DNA from: an uncultured Weeksellaceae bacterium
GTDB lineage: Bacteria; Bacteroidota; Bacteroidia; Flavobacteriales_D; CAYVSK01
Reading direction: 5' to 3'
NCBI GenBank assembly: GCA_964537825.1
Contig: CAZIDL010000001.1
Coordinates: forward strand, 67,668-131,667
DNA length: 64,000 bases
A program made the translations under genes and the position numbers. Shown here piece by piece: positions 1 through 9,406 of the stretch (positions within the stretch are counted from its first letter, which is position 1; each line of letters begins with the position of its first letter). Under the pieces are notes generated by a model. That model saw only the letters and a program-made list of their open reading frames with translations, did no database searches and was not told the DNA's origin.

Positions 1-788
1 TGGACCCTTCCCGTGATCGGTTCGAAATCGTGGATCGAGAAGGCGAAAGGATAATTGTACCCGTCCCAACCCACTACATCGAAGGGGTGCGTGGCGTACA
101 CGTATTCGTGGAGGACCCCTTCCTTGCGGATCATGATGGTGAAATCACCCTTCTCATCATGGGTGTCGATCTCTTGGGGAACGCGTATATCGCGCTCACA
201 ATATGGAGAATGTTCGAGAAGTTGCCCTACTTCGTTCTTGTAGCGGTCCGGAGCACCGATCGGACTAAAAGAGTTCACGATCAAGAGCCGATTATCCTCG
301 TCGTCGAATTCGATCTGATAGATCATACCTCGCGGGATGACCAAGTAGTCCCCGTATCCGAAATCGAGGTTCCCGAGGATCGTTCGGAGTTTGCCGGAAC
401 CTCGGTGGACGAAGATCATTTCGTCCGCATCGGCGTTCTTGTAGAAGTAGTCCGTCAGGGATCTTTTGGGAGCGGCAAGCTGTATCTGAAGGTCGTCGTT
501 GACGAGGACCGGCTTCCGGCTTTTGAGGAAGTCGTTTTCGGGCTGGATGTCGAAGCCTGAAAGGCTGTAAGCCTTCAAGTTCTTTTCCACGGAAACGTTA
601 GGGCTGTCGTCGTAGCTGTTCCGGATCTCCTTCACTTGGGTGGGGCGGTGAAGGTGATAGAGGAGGGAGGAAACTCCATGAAAGCCTTCCGTTCCGAACA
701 ATTGCTCGTAATGGAGCTCCCCATCCGCTTTTCTGAAGATGGTGTGCCGTTTGTGCGGGATCTTTCCCAGGCGATGGTAAAAGAGCAT
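1..788 (-). CDS. hmgA: Homogentisate 1,2-dioxygenase, N-terminal part (C-terminus outside window)
   Basis: Own translation of the minus strand from the ATG (complement of 786-788) gives MLFYHRLGKIPHKRHTIFRKADGELHYEQLFGTEGFHG...DYLVIPRGMIYQIEF...THPFDVVGWDGYNYPFAFSIHDFEPITGRV. The frame stays open to the window edge, so it is absent from the ORF track. The N-terminus matches my memory of bacteroidetal HmgA. The 30..560 + ORF is its antisense shadow. Confidence 0.8.
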   Translation of the reverse strand, partial: MLFYHRLGKIPHKRHTIFRKADGELHYEQLFGTEGFHGVSSLLYHLHRPTQVKEIRNSYDDSPNVSVEKNLKAYSLSGFDIQPENDFLKSRKPVLVNDDLQIQLAAPKRSLTDYFYKNADADEMIFVHRGSGKLRTILGNLDFGYGDYLVIPRGMIYQIEFDDEDNRLLIVNSFSPIGAPDRYKNEVGQLLEHSPYCERDIRVPQEIDTHDEKGDFTIMIRKEGVLHEYVYATHPFDVVGWDGYNYPFAFSIHDFEPITGRV

Positions 789-794
789 TGGCAG

Positions 795-1886
795 CTATCT
801 TTCGTCTTTGGTGCTTCTTTCTTTTCGGGAACAGTTAGGCCTTCCGATCCGTTCAGCGACCTCTTTCCGTCCTTTTTTTCCTTTGTTAAAGCGTTCCTTC
901 ATTCCCTGGCCTTTCCGCCTTCTTTTCCTTTCTTCAAAGGGTAGATGGATCATTTCTCTGCATTCCGGCGTGCAACAGCCTTCCCATTCCTTGGCACAGG
1001 TCTCGCATTGGATGAAGAGGAGGTTGCATCCTTGGTTCCTGCAGTTCACTTGACGGTCGGAAGGGGCTCCGCATTGATGGCAATGAGCGATCACGTCCTG
1101 GGTCACTCTTTCTCCCAGGCGCTCATCGAAAACGAAGTTCTTGCCGATGAATAAAGAACGCTCTCCTTTCTCCTCCATGCGATGGGCATACGCGATGATA
1201 CCTCCGTCCAATTGCTGGACGTTCTCAAAGCCGTGCTGACGCAGGTAAGCTCCTGCTTTTTCGCAACGGATACCTCCGGTGCAATAAAGGAGGATGCGTT
1301 CGTTCTCATGGCCTTCCAAGGTTTCTCGAACTTTCGGGAGTTCTTCTCGAAAGGTCTCTGTCCCTGGTGTGATGGCTCCTTTGAAGTGTCCCACTTCAGA
1401 TTCGTAATGGTTGCGCATGTCCACTACGATACGGTCCTCTTCCTGAAGGGCTTTGTGGAATTCTTCCGGGTCGAGGTGCTCAGGTCCTTTTGATAGCTCG
1501 ATGGCCCCTTCTTCGAGGCCGTCGGCGACGAGCTTGGGGCGGACTTTGATCCGAAGTTTCAAAAAGGCGTCATTCCGGCTTTCAAGGGCTGGTCGGAGCG
1601 GCATGTCCCGAAAGGAAGGGCGGGCTTCCAGCGTCCTTTCGAAAGCTTCCTTTTCGGGTTGAGGAACGCTCACCTGTGCATTGATGCCTTCCTGGGCTAA
1701 GTAGACCCTTCCGAGTACTGCCAGATCACCCCATTCCTCCATCAATTCTTCCTTCAGTGTTTCCGGGTCATGGATCGGTGTATAACGATAAAAGGAAAGC
1801 TCAACCCGATCGAAGGGTTCTTGGCGGATCAATTCCAGCAGGGTTTCACGGTCGTATTTGTGGCGGGGGCCCTTCATCCCATGCAT
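795..1886 (-). CDS. trhO: Rhodanese-domain protein of the UPF0176/YceA family (tRNA uridine(34) hydroxylase TrhO)
   Basis: 363-aa ORF with a rhodanese active-site loop LLYCTGGIRCEKAGAYL, a YceA-type N-domain and a Cys-rich C-terminal segment (CHQCG...CNLLFIQCETC...CCTPEC). A K/R-rich tail follows. Confidence 0.8.
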   Translation of the reverse strand: MHGMKGPRHKYDRETLLELIRQEPFDRVELSFYRYTPIHDPETLKEELMEEWGDLAVLGRVYLAQEGINAQVSVPQPEKEAFERTLEARPSFRDMPLRPALESRNDAFLKLRIKVRPKLVADGLEEGAIELSKGPEHLDPEEFHKALQEEDRIVVDMRNHYESEVGHFKGAITPGTETFREELPKVRETLEGHENERILLYCTGGIRCEKAGAYLRQHGFENVQQLDGGIIAYAHRMEEKGERSLFIGKNFVFDERLGERVTQDVIAHCHQCGAPSDRQVNCRNQGCNLLFIQCETCAKEWEGCCTPECREMIHLPFEERKRRRKGQGMKERFNKGKKGRKEVAERIGRPNCSRKERSTKDER

Positions 1887-1902
1887 CCGGTGTGCTTTCC
1901 TA

Positions 1903-1910
1903 CAAATATA
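1903..1910 (-). promoter_or_regulatory. Bacteroidota-type -7 promoter box (TATATTTG on minus strand) for trhO
   Basis: Exact TAnnTTTG. Its 3' G lies 16 nt upstream of the trhO ATG at 1886. No TTTG -33 element at canonical spacing. Confidence 0.4.
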
Positions 1911-2240
1911 CGAAAGAAGGGGGTGTTCCTGGATGCCAAAGGGCGTGAATAAGGAAGAAAGCCTACCCTTTCTCAGCGATCTGTATTACCTTCGGAAAAG
2001 GATCATTCGGATCGATGTTCATGAACAGTGCGTGTGAAATGGCAGAAAGCCTCTCCTCGGAGGGGCGCCCAAGTGCCTCTGAACTTCATCGTTACTTCCA
2101 CTCCTGCTCCCTTTTCGGAATCCTTCTGAACGCTTTTGAACTTCCTTCGAAGAAGAGGAAAGGCCGGGCTTTCTATTTCCGCAATTGATCCGGCCTGAGG
2201 CTGTCCTTTTCCGCTCCTCGTGTAAGAAGTCCTTGTTCAG

Positions 2241-3380
2241 ATGTTTTTACTGATCCTATATCTTTCGCTGGCGATCCTCATCTCCTTCCTGTGCTCGATC
2301 CTCGAAGCAGTTATCCTGAGCATTACTCCCTCTTTCATCGAGGCTCAGGAACAGAAGGGGGGTCGGTTAGGGCGTAAGTTGAAGGCCATGAAGGCCAATA
2401 TCGATCGCCCCTTGTCCGCCATCCTCTCCCTTAACACGATCGCGCATACAGTAGGAGCGGCAGGTGTCGGTGCACAGGCTCAACAGATCTGGGAGAGCGT
2501 GAGTGTCGGATGGATCTCCGCTGGATTGACCTTTCTGATCCTCGTCTTTTCTGAGATCATCCCCAAAACACTGGGCGCTAGTTATTGGAGAAGCCTGGTG
2601 GGTTTTGCGGTGAACGTCCTTTCCGGAATGATATTTGTCCTATATCCTCTCGTTATTCTTTCCCAGGGTGTTACGAACCTTCTTTCCAGGAACCGCAAAA
2701 AACAGAACCTCGTGAGCCGGGCCGAGGTATCGGCTATGGCTGATATCGGACACAAAGAAGGGATCTTCGAAGAGGGCGAATCCCGGATCCTCAAGAACCT
2801 GATCCGCTTCAAGTCGATCCAGGTGGAGAATATCATGACCCCACGGACGGTCGTGGTAGCGGCTGAAGAGAACATGACCCTCGCTGAGCTCTTTCAGGAT
2901 AAAGGCTTCTTTCGATTTTCCAGGATCCCGGTCTACAGCGGGAATATCGACAATATAACCGGATACATCCACAAGCATGATATTCTGGATAACCTGGCCA
3001 ATGATAATCATCAAATGAAACTTCAGGATATCCGGAGGAAGATGCTCGTCGTAACCAAAAACCTCTCCATTCCAAACCTTTTCGAGGAGATGATGCGGGA
3101 AAAGGAACAGATCGCGCTTGCCGTGGATGATTTTGGCGGAATGTCAGGGATCGTGACCGTAGAGGATGTGCTCGAAACCCTTTTGGGTATGGAGATCGTT
3201 GATGAGTTCGACAGTGCCCAGGATATGCAAGCGTATGCCCGTGAGCGTTGGAAACGTCGGGCTGTTCGTTTAGGGATCCTTTCTGAGGCCGATCTGGAGA
3301 ACATCAATTCTGAAGAAGGGTATCGCCCCGGATCTGAAGAGGGGTCGACGTCGAAGGATAGTGAAGAGGGCGCTTCCTGA
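2241..3380 (+). CDS. DUF21/CNNM-family membrane protein with tandem CBS domains (CorC/TlyC-like, putative divalent-cation transport)
   Basis: 379 aa. The N-terminal multi-TM DUF21 region (FLCSILEAVILSITPSFIE...LSLNTIAHTVGAAG) is followed by CBS-pair sequence (VENIMTPRTVVVAAEENMTL...IALAVDDFGGMSGIVTVEDVLETLLG). An acidic/Ser-rich tail follows. Confidence 0.8.
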   Translation: MFLLILYLSLAILISFLCSILEAVILSITPSFIEAQEQKGGRLGRKLKAMKANIDRPLSAILSLNTIAHTVGAAGVGAQAQQIWESVSVGWISAGLTFLILVFSEIIPKTLGASYWRSLVGFAVNVLSGMIFVLYPLVILSQGVTNLLSRNRKKQNLVSRAEVSAMADIGHKEGIFEEGESRILKNLIRFKSIQVENIMTPRTVVVAAEENMTLAELFQDKGFFRFSRIPVYSGNIDNITGYIHKHDILDNLANDNHQMKLQDIRRKMLVVTKNLSIPNLFEEMMREKEQIALAVDDFGGMSGIVTVEDVLETLLGMEIVDEFDSAQDMQAYARERWKRRAVRLGILSEADLENINSEEGYRPGSEEGSTSKDSEEGAS

Positions 3381-3438
3381 TACTCCTTCGATCCTTCGAA
3401 AACTTATCTTCGTCAAAATGTATAGTTAAAGGGCTTAT

Positions 3439-4383
3439 ATGGGCAAGCGAACATTGGTGATCGGTGCGGCTGGTCAGATCGGGACGGATCTGACGCTGGA
3501 ACTTCGTTCCCGTAGAGGAGCAGAGAACGTCATTGCTTCGGACATCAGGGAACCCTCCTTTTCGGACGAAGGTCCCTTTGAGGAACTCGATGTCCAGGAT
3601 ACGGATGCGCTGGAAAGGGTCCTTGAGAAATACGAAGTGGAGGAGGTCTACGATCTTGCCGCCATCCTTTCCGCAACAGCCGAACAGATGCCGCATAAGG
3701 CCTGGGAGCTTAATATGAACGGCCTTCTCAATGTGCTCGAGGCTGCTCGCAAAGGCTCCGTCGATCAGGTATTTTGGCCCAGTTCCATTGCCGTTTTTGG
3801 ACCGAGCACCCCTAAAAAGGATACACCCCAGCATACGGTTATGGAGCCCGCGACGGTCTATGGTATCAGCAAGCTGGCAGGTGAAAGATGGTGTGCTTAT
3901 TATTACGAACGATACGGGGTGGACGTCAGAAGCATTCGTTATCCCGGCCTGATCAGTTACAGGGCTGAACCCGGAGGAGGTACGACCGATTATGCAGTGA
4001 ACATCTTTCACGAGGCGCTTAAGAACGGGCATTACGACTGTTTTCTGGGACCTCGCACAACCCTTCCCATGATGTATATGCCCGATGCGGTCGAAGCCAC
4101 GATCCGGATCATGGAGGCCCCCTCTGAACAAATTCGGGAAAGAGGTAGCTATAACATCTCCGCTTACAGTTTTTCTCCAGAGATATTGTGCAGGGCTATT
4201 CAGAAAGAGATCCCTGAGCTTACGGTCGATTATCACCCTGACGAAAGGCAGCGCTTAGCGGACAGTTGGCCCGAAAGCATCGACGATAGCCAGGCAAGAA
4301 AAGATTGGGGATGGAAAGAACGTTTCCAACTTGCTGATATGGTGTCAGATATGTTGGATCATTTAAAAATCCCGTCTTCATAA
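3439..4383 (+). CDS. tdh: SDR/epimerase-fold L-threonine 3-dehydrogenase
   Basis: 314 aa with Rossmann motif VIGAAGQIGTDL, catalytic YGISKLAGE, and GGGTTDYAV and DSWPESIDDSQARKDWGW segments. These are typical, as I recall them, of short-chain-type threonine dehydrogenases. Confidence 0.7.
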   Translation: MGKRTLVIGAAGQIGTDLTLELRSRRGAENVIASDIREPSFSDEGPFEELDVQDTDALERVLEKYEVEEVYDLAAILSATAEQMPHKAWELNMNGLLNVLEAARKGSVDQVFWPSSIAVFGPSTPKKDTPQHTVMEPATVYGISKLAGERWCAYYYERYGVDVRSIRYPGLISYRAEPGGGTTDYAVNIFHEALKNGHYDCFLGPRTTLPMMYMPDAVEATIRIMEAPSEQIRERGSYNISAYSFSPEILCRAIQKEIPELTVDYHPDERQRLADSWPESIDDSQARKDWGWKERFQLADMVSDMLDHLKIPSS

Positions 4384-4578
4384 GAAACCGATCGGACGCG
4401 GATCCCGTATCCTTTAAGAGCAGCTAAAAAAAGTGGAAGGAAAAACGAGCTTTTGAAGAACAGCTTTTATCGGATCCTCGATTTTCTTGAAGGAAAGAAT
4501 GAGCCTTTTGGTCTAAAAATTGAGAAATGCTCCAAGGATCTGCTTAAATTGAAAAAGCTCTATCGGTAACGTGAACCT

Positions 4579-5496
4579 ATGATGAGGACGACGACATCAG
4601 TGATCTTTTTTTTATGCCTCCCCTTTCTTGCTCTGGCCATCGAGGAGCAGGATTTCAAAGTGACCAAGGATGGGGATACCCTCAATCGCGTCGATGAGGA
4701 CGGACTTAAACAAGGGTATTGGAAGATCACCGGGAGTATGAAGAACGTGCCCGGTTTCGATCCCGATCAGGTCATCGAAGAAGGACGCTACAAGGATAGC
4801 CGTAAGACCGGCCTTTGGAAAAAGTATTATCCCAACGGGAACCTGAAGAGCAAGATCACTTACGTGCGAAGCCGGCCGAAAGGTCCCTACACCCTCTATT
4901 ACAAGAACGGGAATGTCGAAGAAAAGGGAACCTGGGAGTTCAACAAGAACGTTGGAGACTTCAAGCGCTACCACGAGAACGGCAAATTGGCCCAGGATTT
5001 CCAGTTCAACGATAAAGGGAAAAGTGAAGGCGTTCAGAAATATTATCACGAGAACGGCCAGTTGGAGGTTAAAGTAAAGAAGAAGAACGGCAAGGAGGAC
5101 GGAACGATGAAACGCTATTACAAGAACGGAGAGCTCAAGGAAAAGAAAGTCTTTAACGACGGGAAGGTCAAACCTGGATCGGTCAAGAAGTTCGATGACA
5201 AAAAGAGCGGGGGACAAAAGGCCGAAGTTGAGAGCGAAGATCCCGGGAAAGAAGCTACGGTCTCCAAGGATGAAAAGACCCGGTCAGGCGGGGATGAGGA
5301 CGAAAAGATCACCGAGGGGTATCATACCCTCTATAACGATAACAATCAGGTTACCAAGACCGGCTATTTCAAGAACGGGAAGCTCTGGAAAGGGAAATGG
5401 CGGAAATACGATGAGAACGGCATCCTCAAAAAGATCGAGATCTATCGGAAAGGCCAATACATCGGAGATGGTCCACTTCCGGACGAGAAGGAATGA
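4579..5496 (+). CDS. Secreted MORN-variant (YwqK-like) repeat protein
   Basis: 305 aa with a signal peptide (VIFFLCLPFLALA). It carries about 8 tandem ~23-aa repeats of the form G.wK.YY.NG.LK.. (e.g. GLWKKYYPNGNLKSKITY, GVQKYYHENGQLEVKV, GTMKRYYKNGELKEKK). Confidence 0.75.
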   Translation: MMRTTTSVIFFLCLPFLALAIEEQDFKVTKDGDTLNRVDEDGLKQGYWKITGSMKNVPGFDPDQVIEEGRYKDSRKTGLWKKYYPNGNLKSKITYVRSRPKGPYTLYYKNGNVEEKGTWEFNKNVGDFKRYHENGKLAQDFQFNDKGKSEGVQKYYHENGQLEVKVKKKNGKEDGTMKRYYKNGELKEKKVFNDGKVKPGSVKKFDDKKSGGQKAEVESEDPGKEATVSKDEKTRSGGDEDEKITEGYHTLYNDNNQVTKTGYFKNGKLWKGKWRKYDENGILKKIEIYRKGQYIGDGPLPDEKE

Positions 5497-5526
5497 AAGG
5501 TGCTTTTAGCCTCTTGCTCATTTAGT

Positions 5527-5558
5527 AAGCCTGCGGGGTCTTCCCGCAGGCTTTTTTT
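5527..5558 (+). terminator. Rho-independent terminator after the MORN-repeat gene
   Basis: Perfect 11-bp stem AAGCCTGCGGG (5527-5537) / CCCGCAGGCTT (5543-5553) with a 5-nt loop, running into a T7 tract (5552-5558). It lies 31 nt after the stop codon. Confidence 0.85.
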
Positions 5559-5571
5559 ATTCCCACAGCCT

Positions 5572-5579
5572 TACCTTTG
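5572..5579 (+). promoter_or_regulatory. -7 promoter box (TACCTTTG) for the cyclotransferase-polA operon
   Basis: Exact TAnnTTTG, 21 nt upstream of the ATG at 5601. The ORF-track TTG start (5577) lies inside this box, which argues for the 5601 start. Confidence 0.45.
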
Positions 5580-5600
5580 GAGGGTATTTCTCAGCAGGTG

Positions 5601-6611
5601 ATGGAACGCGTTCGCAGGAGCATTCTTTCGGTATCGGTTCTGGTTATTTTTACACTTGTCGCGGGGTGCGGTCCGGAGAAAGGGAAGGATCGCCAGGAAA
5701 TGAGCGGAGGTGAAGAAAGTTCCGTTCCTGAGCTGGATCCTCCTGCTTTCGACGCTGATTCAGCTTATCGGTACATCGAAAAGCAAGTCGCTTTTGGGCC
5801 GCGCGTTCCGAACAGTGAGCCGCACCGAAAGTGCGCGGAGTACCTGGAACGGAAGCTCCGGAACTTCGGTTGGGAGACCCACGTGCAAAAAGGAACGGTC
5901 GGAACTTATAACGAAAAGCAGCTTCATATCCGGAATATTTATGGGCGACTCAACCCAGAGAACCCCGAACGGGTAATGCTTTTTGCTCACTGGGATACGC
6001 GCCCCATGGCCGATCGCGGGTCGATCCGTAAGGATGAACCCATACCAGGTGCTAACGATGGCGGGAGTGGTGTAGGGGTTCTTTTGGAACTAGCCCGCGT
6101 GATGGCTGAGAAACCGCCGAATATCGGGGTTGATATCTTCTTTTTCGACGCTGAGGATCAGGGACAGCCTGAATCGACGCCCCGATCTGCCAAGGAACCG
6201 GACACGTGGTGCCTTGGGAGCCAGTATTGGGTTGACAATATGCCGATCCCCGACTACGCTCCGAAATACGGGATCCTCTTGGATATGGTAGGGGATTCGA
6301 ACGCTGTCTTTCCACAGGAAGGCATATCGAGACGTTCTGCCCCCTGGTTGGTCGATCGGGTTTGGAATAAAGCGGCAAAGCTCGGTTATGGAAACCGTTT
6401 TATCCCTGATAAGGTTGGGGGCATCACCGATGATCATCTTTACGTTCACCGAGAAGCGAAGATCCCCTGTGTGAATATCGTCCATATCGATCCACAGACC
6501 GATGATTTTGGTTCTTTTCACCATACCCATAAGGACGATATGGACATTATTTCAACCCGGCCCTTGAACGCTGTCGGGCACACGCTCCTCGAAGTGCTCT
6601 ATCGCGAATGA
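5601..6611 (+). CDS. M28-family zinc peptidase-like glutaminyl-peptide cyclotransferase, lipoprotein
   Basis: Start moved to ATG 5601, giving MERVRRSILSVSVLVIFTLVAGCG (lipobox). Motifs RVMLFAHWDTRP and PGANDGGSGVGVLLELARV are typical of M28 / bacteroidetal glutaminyl cyclase. Confidence 0.7.
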   Translation: MERVRRSILSVSVLVIFTLVAGCGPEKGKDRQEMSGGEESSVPELDPPAFDADSAYRYIEKQVAFGPRVPNSEPHRKCAEYLERKLRNFGWETHVQKGTVGTYNEKQLHIRNIYGRLNPENPERVMLFAHWDTRPMADRGSIRKDEPIPGANDGGSGVGVLLELARVMAEKPPNIGVDIFFFDAEDQGQPESTPRSAKEPDTWCLGSQYWVDNMPIPDYAPKYGILLDMVGDSNAVFPQEGISRRSAPWLVDRVWNKAAKLGYGNRFIPDKVGGITDDHLYVHREAKIPCVNIVHIDPQTDDFGSFHHTHKDDMDIISTRPLNAVGHTLLEVLYRE

Positions 6612-9400
6612 ACCAGGATCAGGACAAGCCGCGCTTATTCCTCCTTGATGCCTATGCTCTTATTTATAGGGCCTATTACGCGTTCATTCGAAATCCACGC
6701 TACAATTCGAAGGGGATGAACACATCTGCGATCTTTGGCTTTACGAACACCCTTAACGAGCTTCTGAGCAAAGAGGACCCGCCTTTTATTGGAGTGGCCT
6801 TCGATACGCCTGATACAACGGAACGGGAAGAAGCTTATGCCGATTATAAGGCAGAACGGGAAGAGATGCCGGAGGATATCGCTCTTTCCATTCCCTACAT
6901 CCGTTCCCTATTAGAAGCATTCCGGATCCCCGTTATCGAAAAAGCGGGCTACGAAGCGGACGATGTGATCGGAACCCTTGCCAAAAAAGCTGAGGCCAAA
7001 GGCTTCGAGGTCTATATGATGAGTTCGGACAAGGACCTTGCGCAACTCGTTTCGCCCAATGTTTTCCTCTATAAGCCTTCCTCCAAAGGGAAAGGGGCTG
7101 ATGTTCTTGGTCCAGAGGAAGTCCGTGAACGCTTTGGGATCGAACGTCCCGAACAGGTCATCGATATCCTTGCCCTCTGGGGTGATACTGTTGACAATGT
7201 GCCGGGTGTGCCAGGAGTAGGAGAGAAAAGGGCTCGCGAGCTCATCGCTAGGTACGGGGATATGGACCATCTCTATGAAGGGTTGGGTAGTGTTAAAGGG
7301 AAAATGCAGGAAAAGCTCCGGGAGCACGAGGAACAAGCTTACCTGTGCCGTTCCCTGGTCACGATCCACACCGACCTGGACCTTAGCCTCGATGTGGAAG
7401 AACTGAAGCGGCAGGACCCTGACCGTGAGCGCTTGGGACAGCTCTTTGCCGAACTGGAGTTCAAGGGGCTCAGCGAAAGGATCCTTGGCGAGGCGGTCAG
7501 TGCTACGGGGAAAGGGGAGCAGATCGGGCTTTTCGGAGAGGAGGAACAGGGTCAAGCGGGCAAAGCCTCTGATAGGAACGGTCTATGGGATATAGATAGC
7601 GTATCCAATGATTATCGGCTTATCACTGGAGAGGCGGAGAAAGCGGAGCTTTTAGAGGGTCTGGAAAAAGCGGACCGCTTCGCTTTTGATATGGAGACAA
7701 GTGCGACCAACCCCCATTTCGCAAGAGCTGTTGGTATTGCATTTTCCATCGATCACGGGACCGGTGCCTACCTACCTCTGTCGGAGAATGCTGAAACACG
7801 TAAGAAAGAATTGGCCTATTTCAGGGGGCCTCTGGAAGACCCTTCCATCGAGAAGGTGGGGCATAACATCAAATACGATATTACCGTCCTCCGTTGGGAA
7901 GGTATTCAGGTGAAGGGGCGCCTTTTGGATCCTATGATCGTACATTATTTGGTGGATCCGGATTCCCGCCACAAGCTGGACCTTCTTGCTGAAAGTTACC
8001 TTTCCTACCGTCCCGTTCCGATCGAGGAGCTGATCGGAAAGAAGGGAAAGGGGCAAAAGAACATGGCCGATCTCGATCCGAAGGAAATTCACCGCTACGC
8101 CTGTGAGGACGCGGATGTATGTCAACAACTCCTCGATGCCCTCATGCCTGAATTGGAGGAAGTGAAGGGTGTCGAACTCTACGATCGGATCGAAGCTCCG
8201 CTGACCGATGTATTGAGCGAAATGGAATATCAGGGCGTCAAGGTGGACCTCGATGCCCTTGAACGCTTGTCTCAGGATCAAAAAAAGCGCATTGAGAAGC
8301 TCGAAGGGGAGATCCAGGAAGAGGCCGGGACCAGCTTCAACGTAAATTCACCCAAGCAATTGGGGGAGGTGCTCTTCGAAAAGCTGAAGATCGTCGATGA
8401 TCCCAAGAAGACCCCTTCCGGTCAATATTCGACGAGTGAGGATACCCTTGCCGAGTATGCGAACGAACATCCCATTATCCAGAAGATCCTGGATGTCCGT
8501 TCCCTGAGCAAGTTGCGTTCGACTTACGTGGATGCCCTTCCTGACCTTATCCATCCCTCCACGGGCAGGTTGCATACGATCTACAACCAAGCTGTAGCTG
8601 CAACAGGTCGATTGAGTTCTAACGAGCCCAACCTTCAGAACATCCCGATCCGCACAGAAGAAGGAAAAAAAATACGTAAAGCCTTTGTGCCAAGAGACGA
8701 AGAGCATCGCTTGTTCGCTGCTGACTATTCGCAGATCGAGCTTCGCATCATGGCGCATCTTAGCAAGGACGCGCATTTGATGAAAGCCTTTCAGAACGGG
8801 GAGGACGTTCACGCATCCACAGCTGCTAAGGTATATGGGGTGCCCCTGGACAAGGTCAGCGATGAACAACGTAGAAGTGCAAAGACCGTCAATTTCGGCG
8901 TTATCTACGGGATCTCCGCCTACGGGTTGGCCCAACGGATCGGGATCTCCAGAAAAGAGGCCAAACGTACCATCGATACATACTTCGAGCAGTTCCCGGA
9001 CGTCAAAGCTTATATGGACGATTCCATCGAACGGGCAAGGACGAATGGATATGTGGAGACCCTGATGGGAAGGCGTCGTTATCTGAATGACATCCGCTCG
9101 AACAATTCCGTGGTACGTGGATACGCAGAGCGGAATGCCATCAACGCACCCATCCAGGGGACAGCGGCTGATATGATCAAGCTTGCAATGGTCCGGATCC
9201 AGGAGCGCTTGCGGGAAAAGGGTTCAGAAGATGTCCACATGCTCCTGCAAGTCCACGACGAATTGGTCTTTGACCTTCCTAGCACTAAGCTCGATGAGGT
9301 CGAGCCGCTCGTAGTCGATGAAATGAAGCGCGCATTGGCCCTGGATCTTCCGATAGAAGTGGAGACCGGATCGGGAATGGATTGGTTAGAGGCGCACTAA
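6608..9400 (+). CDS. polA: DNA polymerase I
   Basis: 930 aa comprising a 5'-nuclease domain (LFLLDAYALIYRAYYAF), a 3'-5' exo region and pol motifs (DYSQIELRIMAHLS, RRSAKTVNFGVIYG, QVHDELVF). A 4-nt ATGA overlap joins it to the upstream gene. Confidence 0.97.
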   Translation: MNQDQDKPRLFLLDAYALIYRAYYAFIRNPRYNSKGMNTSAIFGFTNTLNELLSKEDPPFIGVAFDTPDTTEREEAYADYKAEREEMPEDIALSIPYIRSLLEAFRIPVIEKAGYEADDVIGTLAKKAEAKGFEVYMMSSDKDLAQLVSPNVFLYKPSSKGKGADVLGPEEVRERFGIERPEQVIDILALWGDTVDNVPGVPGVGEKRARELIARYGDMDHLYEGLGSVKGKMQEKLREHEEQAYLCRSLVTIHTDLDLSLDVEELKRQDPDRERLGQLFAELEFKGLSERILGEAVSATGKGEQIGLFGEEEQGQAGKASDRNGLWDIDSVSNDYRLITGEAEKAELLEGLEKADRFAFDMETSATNPHFARAVGIAFSIDHGTGAYLPLSENAETRKKELAYFRGPLEDPSIEKVGHNIKYDITVLRWEGIQVKGRLLDPMIVHYLVDPDSRHKLDLLAESYLSYRPVPIEELIGKKGKGQKNMADLDPKEIHRYACEDADVCQQLLDALMPELEEVKGVELYDRIEAPLTDVLSEMEYQGVKVDLDALERLSQDQKKRIEKLEGEIQEEAGTSFNVNSPKQLGEVLFEKLKIVDDPKKTPSGQYSTSEDTLAEYANEHPIIQKILDVRSLSKLRSTYVDALPDLIHPSTGRLHTIYNQAVAATGRLSSNEPNLQNIPIRTEEGKKIRKAFVPRDEEHRLFAADYSQIELRIMAHLSKDAHLMKAFQNGEDVHASTAAKVYGVPLDKVSDEQRRSAKTVNFGVIYGISAYGLAQRIGISRKEAKRTIDTYFEQFPDVKAYMDDSIERARTNGYVETLMGRRRYLNDIRSNNSVVRGYAERNAINAPIQGTAADMIKLAMVRIQERLREKGSEDVHMLLQVHDELVFDLPSTKLDEVEPLVVDEMKRALALDLPIEVETGSGMDWLEAH

Positions 9401-9406
9401 CCCTCC

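Noticed and set aside
30-560. 176-aa + strand ORF at the left edge
   Set aside because: It lies exactly antisense to the much better minus-strand reading frame that translates as homogentisate 1,2-dioxygenase. Its own translation has no recognisable features.
2161-2196. 7-bp inverted repeat AGGCCGG...CCGGCCT, 45 nt upstream of the DUF21/CBS gene, and a 57-codon ORF at 2016-2189
   Set aside because: The arms are short with a 22-nt spacer and could arise by chance in GC-rich DNA. The small ORF has no signal, motif or promoter box to support it.
3304-4236. Long antisense ORFs opposite real genes. Others are 26861-27844, 29588-30811, 31926-32828, 44964-45893, 45832-47322, 57094-58032 and 62674-63405.
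   Set aside because: Each is the mirror frame of a confidently identified gene (tdh, fbp, mfd, usp, the receptor, the 1344-aa gene, tig, gmhA). Each gives low-complexity, motif-less protein. Such shadow ORFs are expected from codon-usage periodicity and are not evidence of dual coding.
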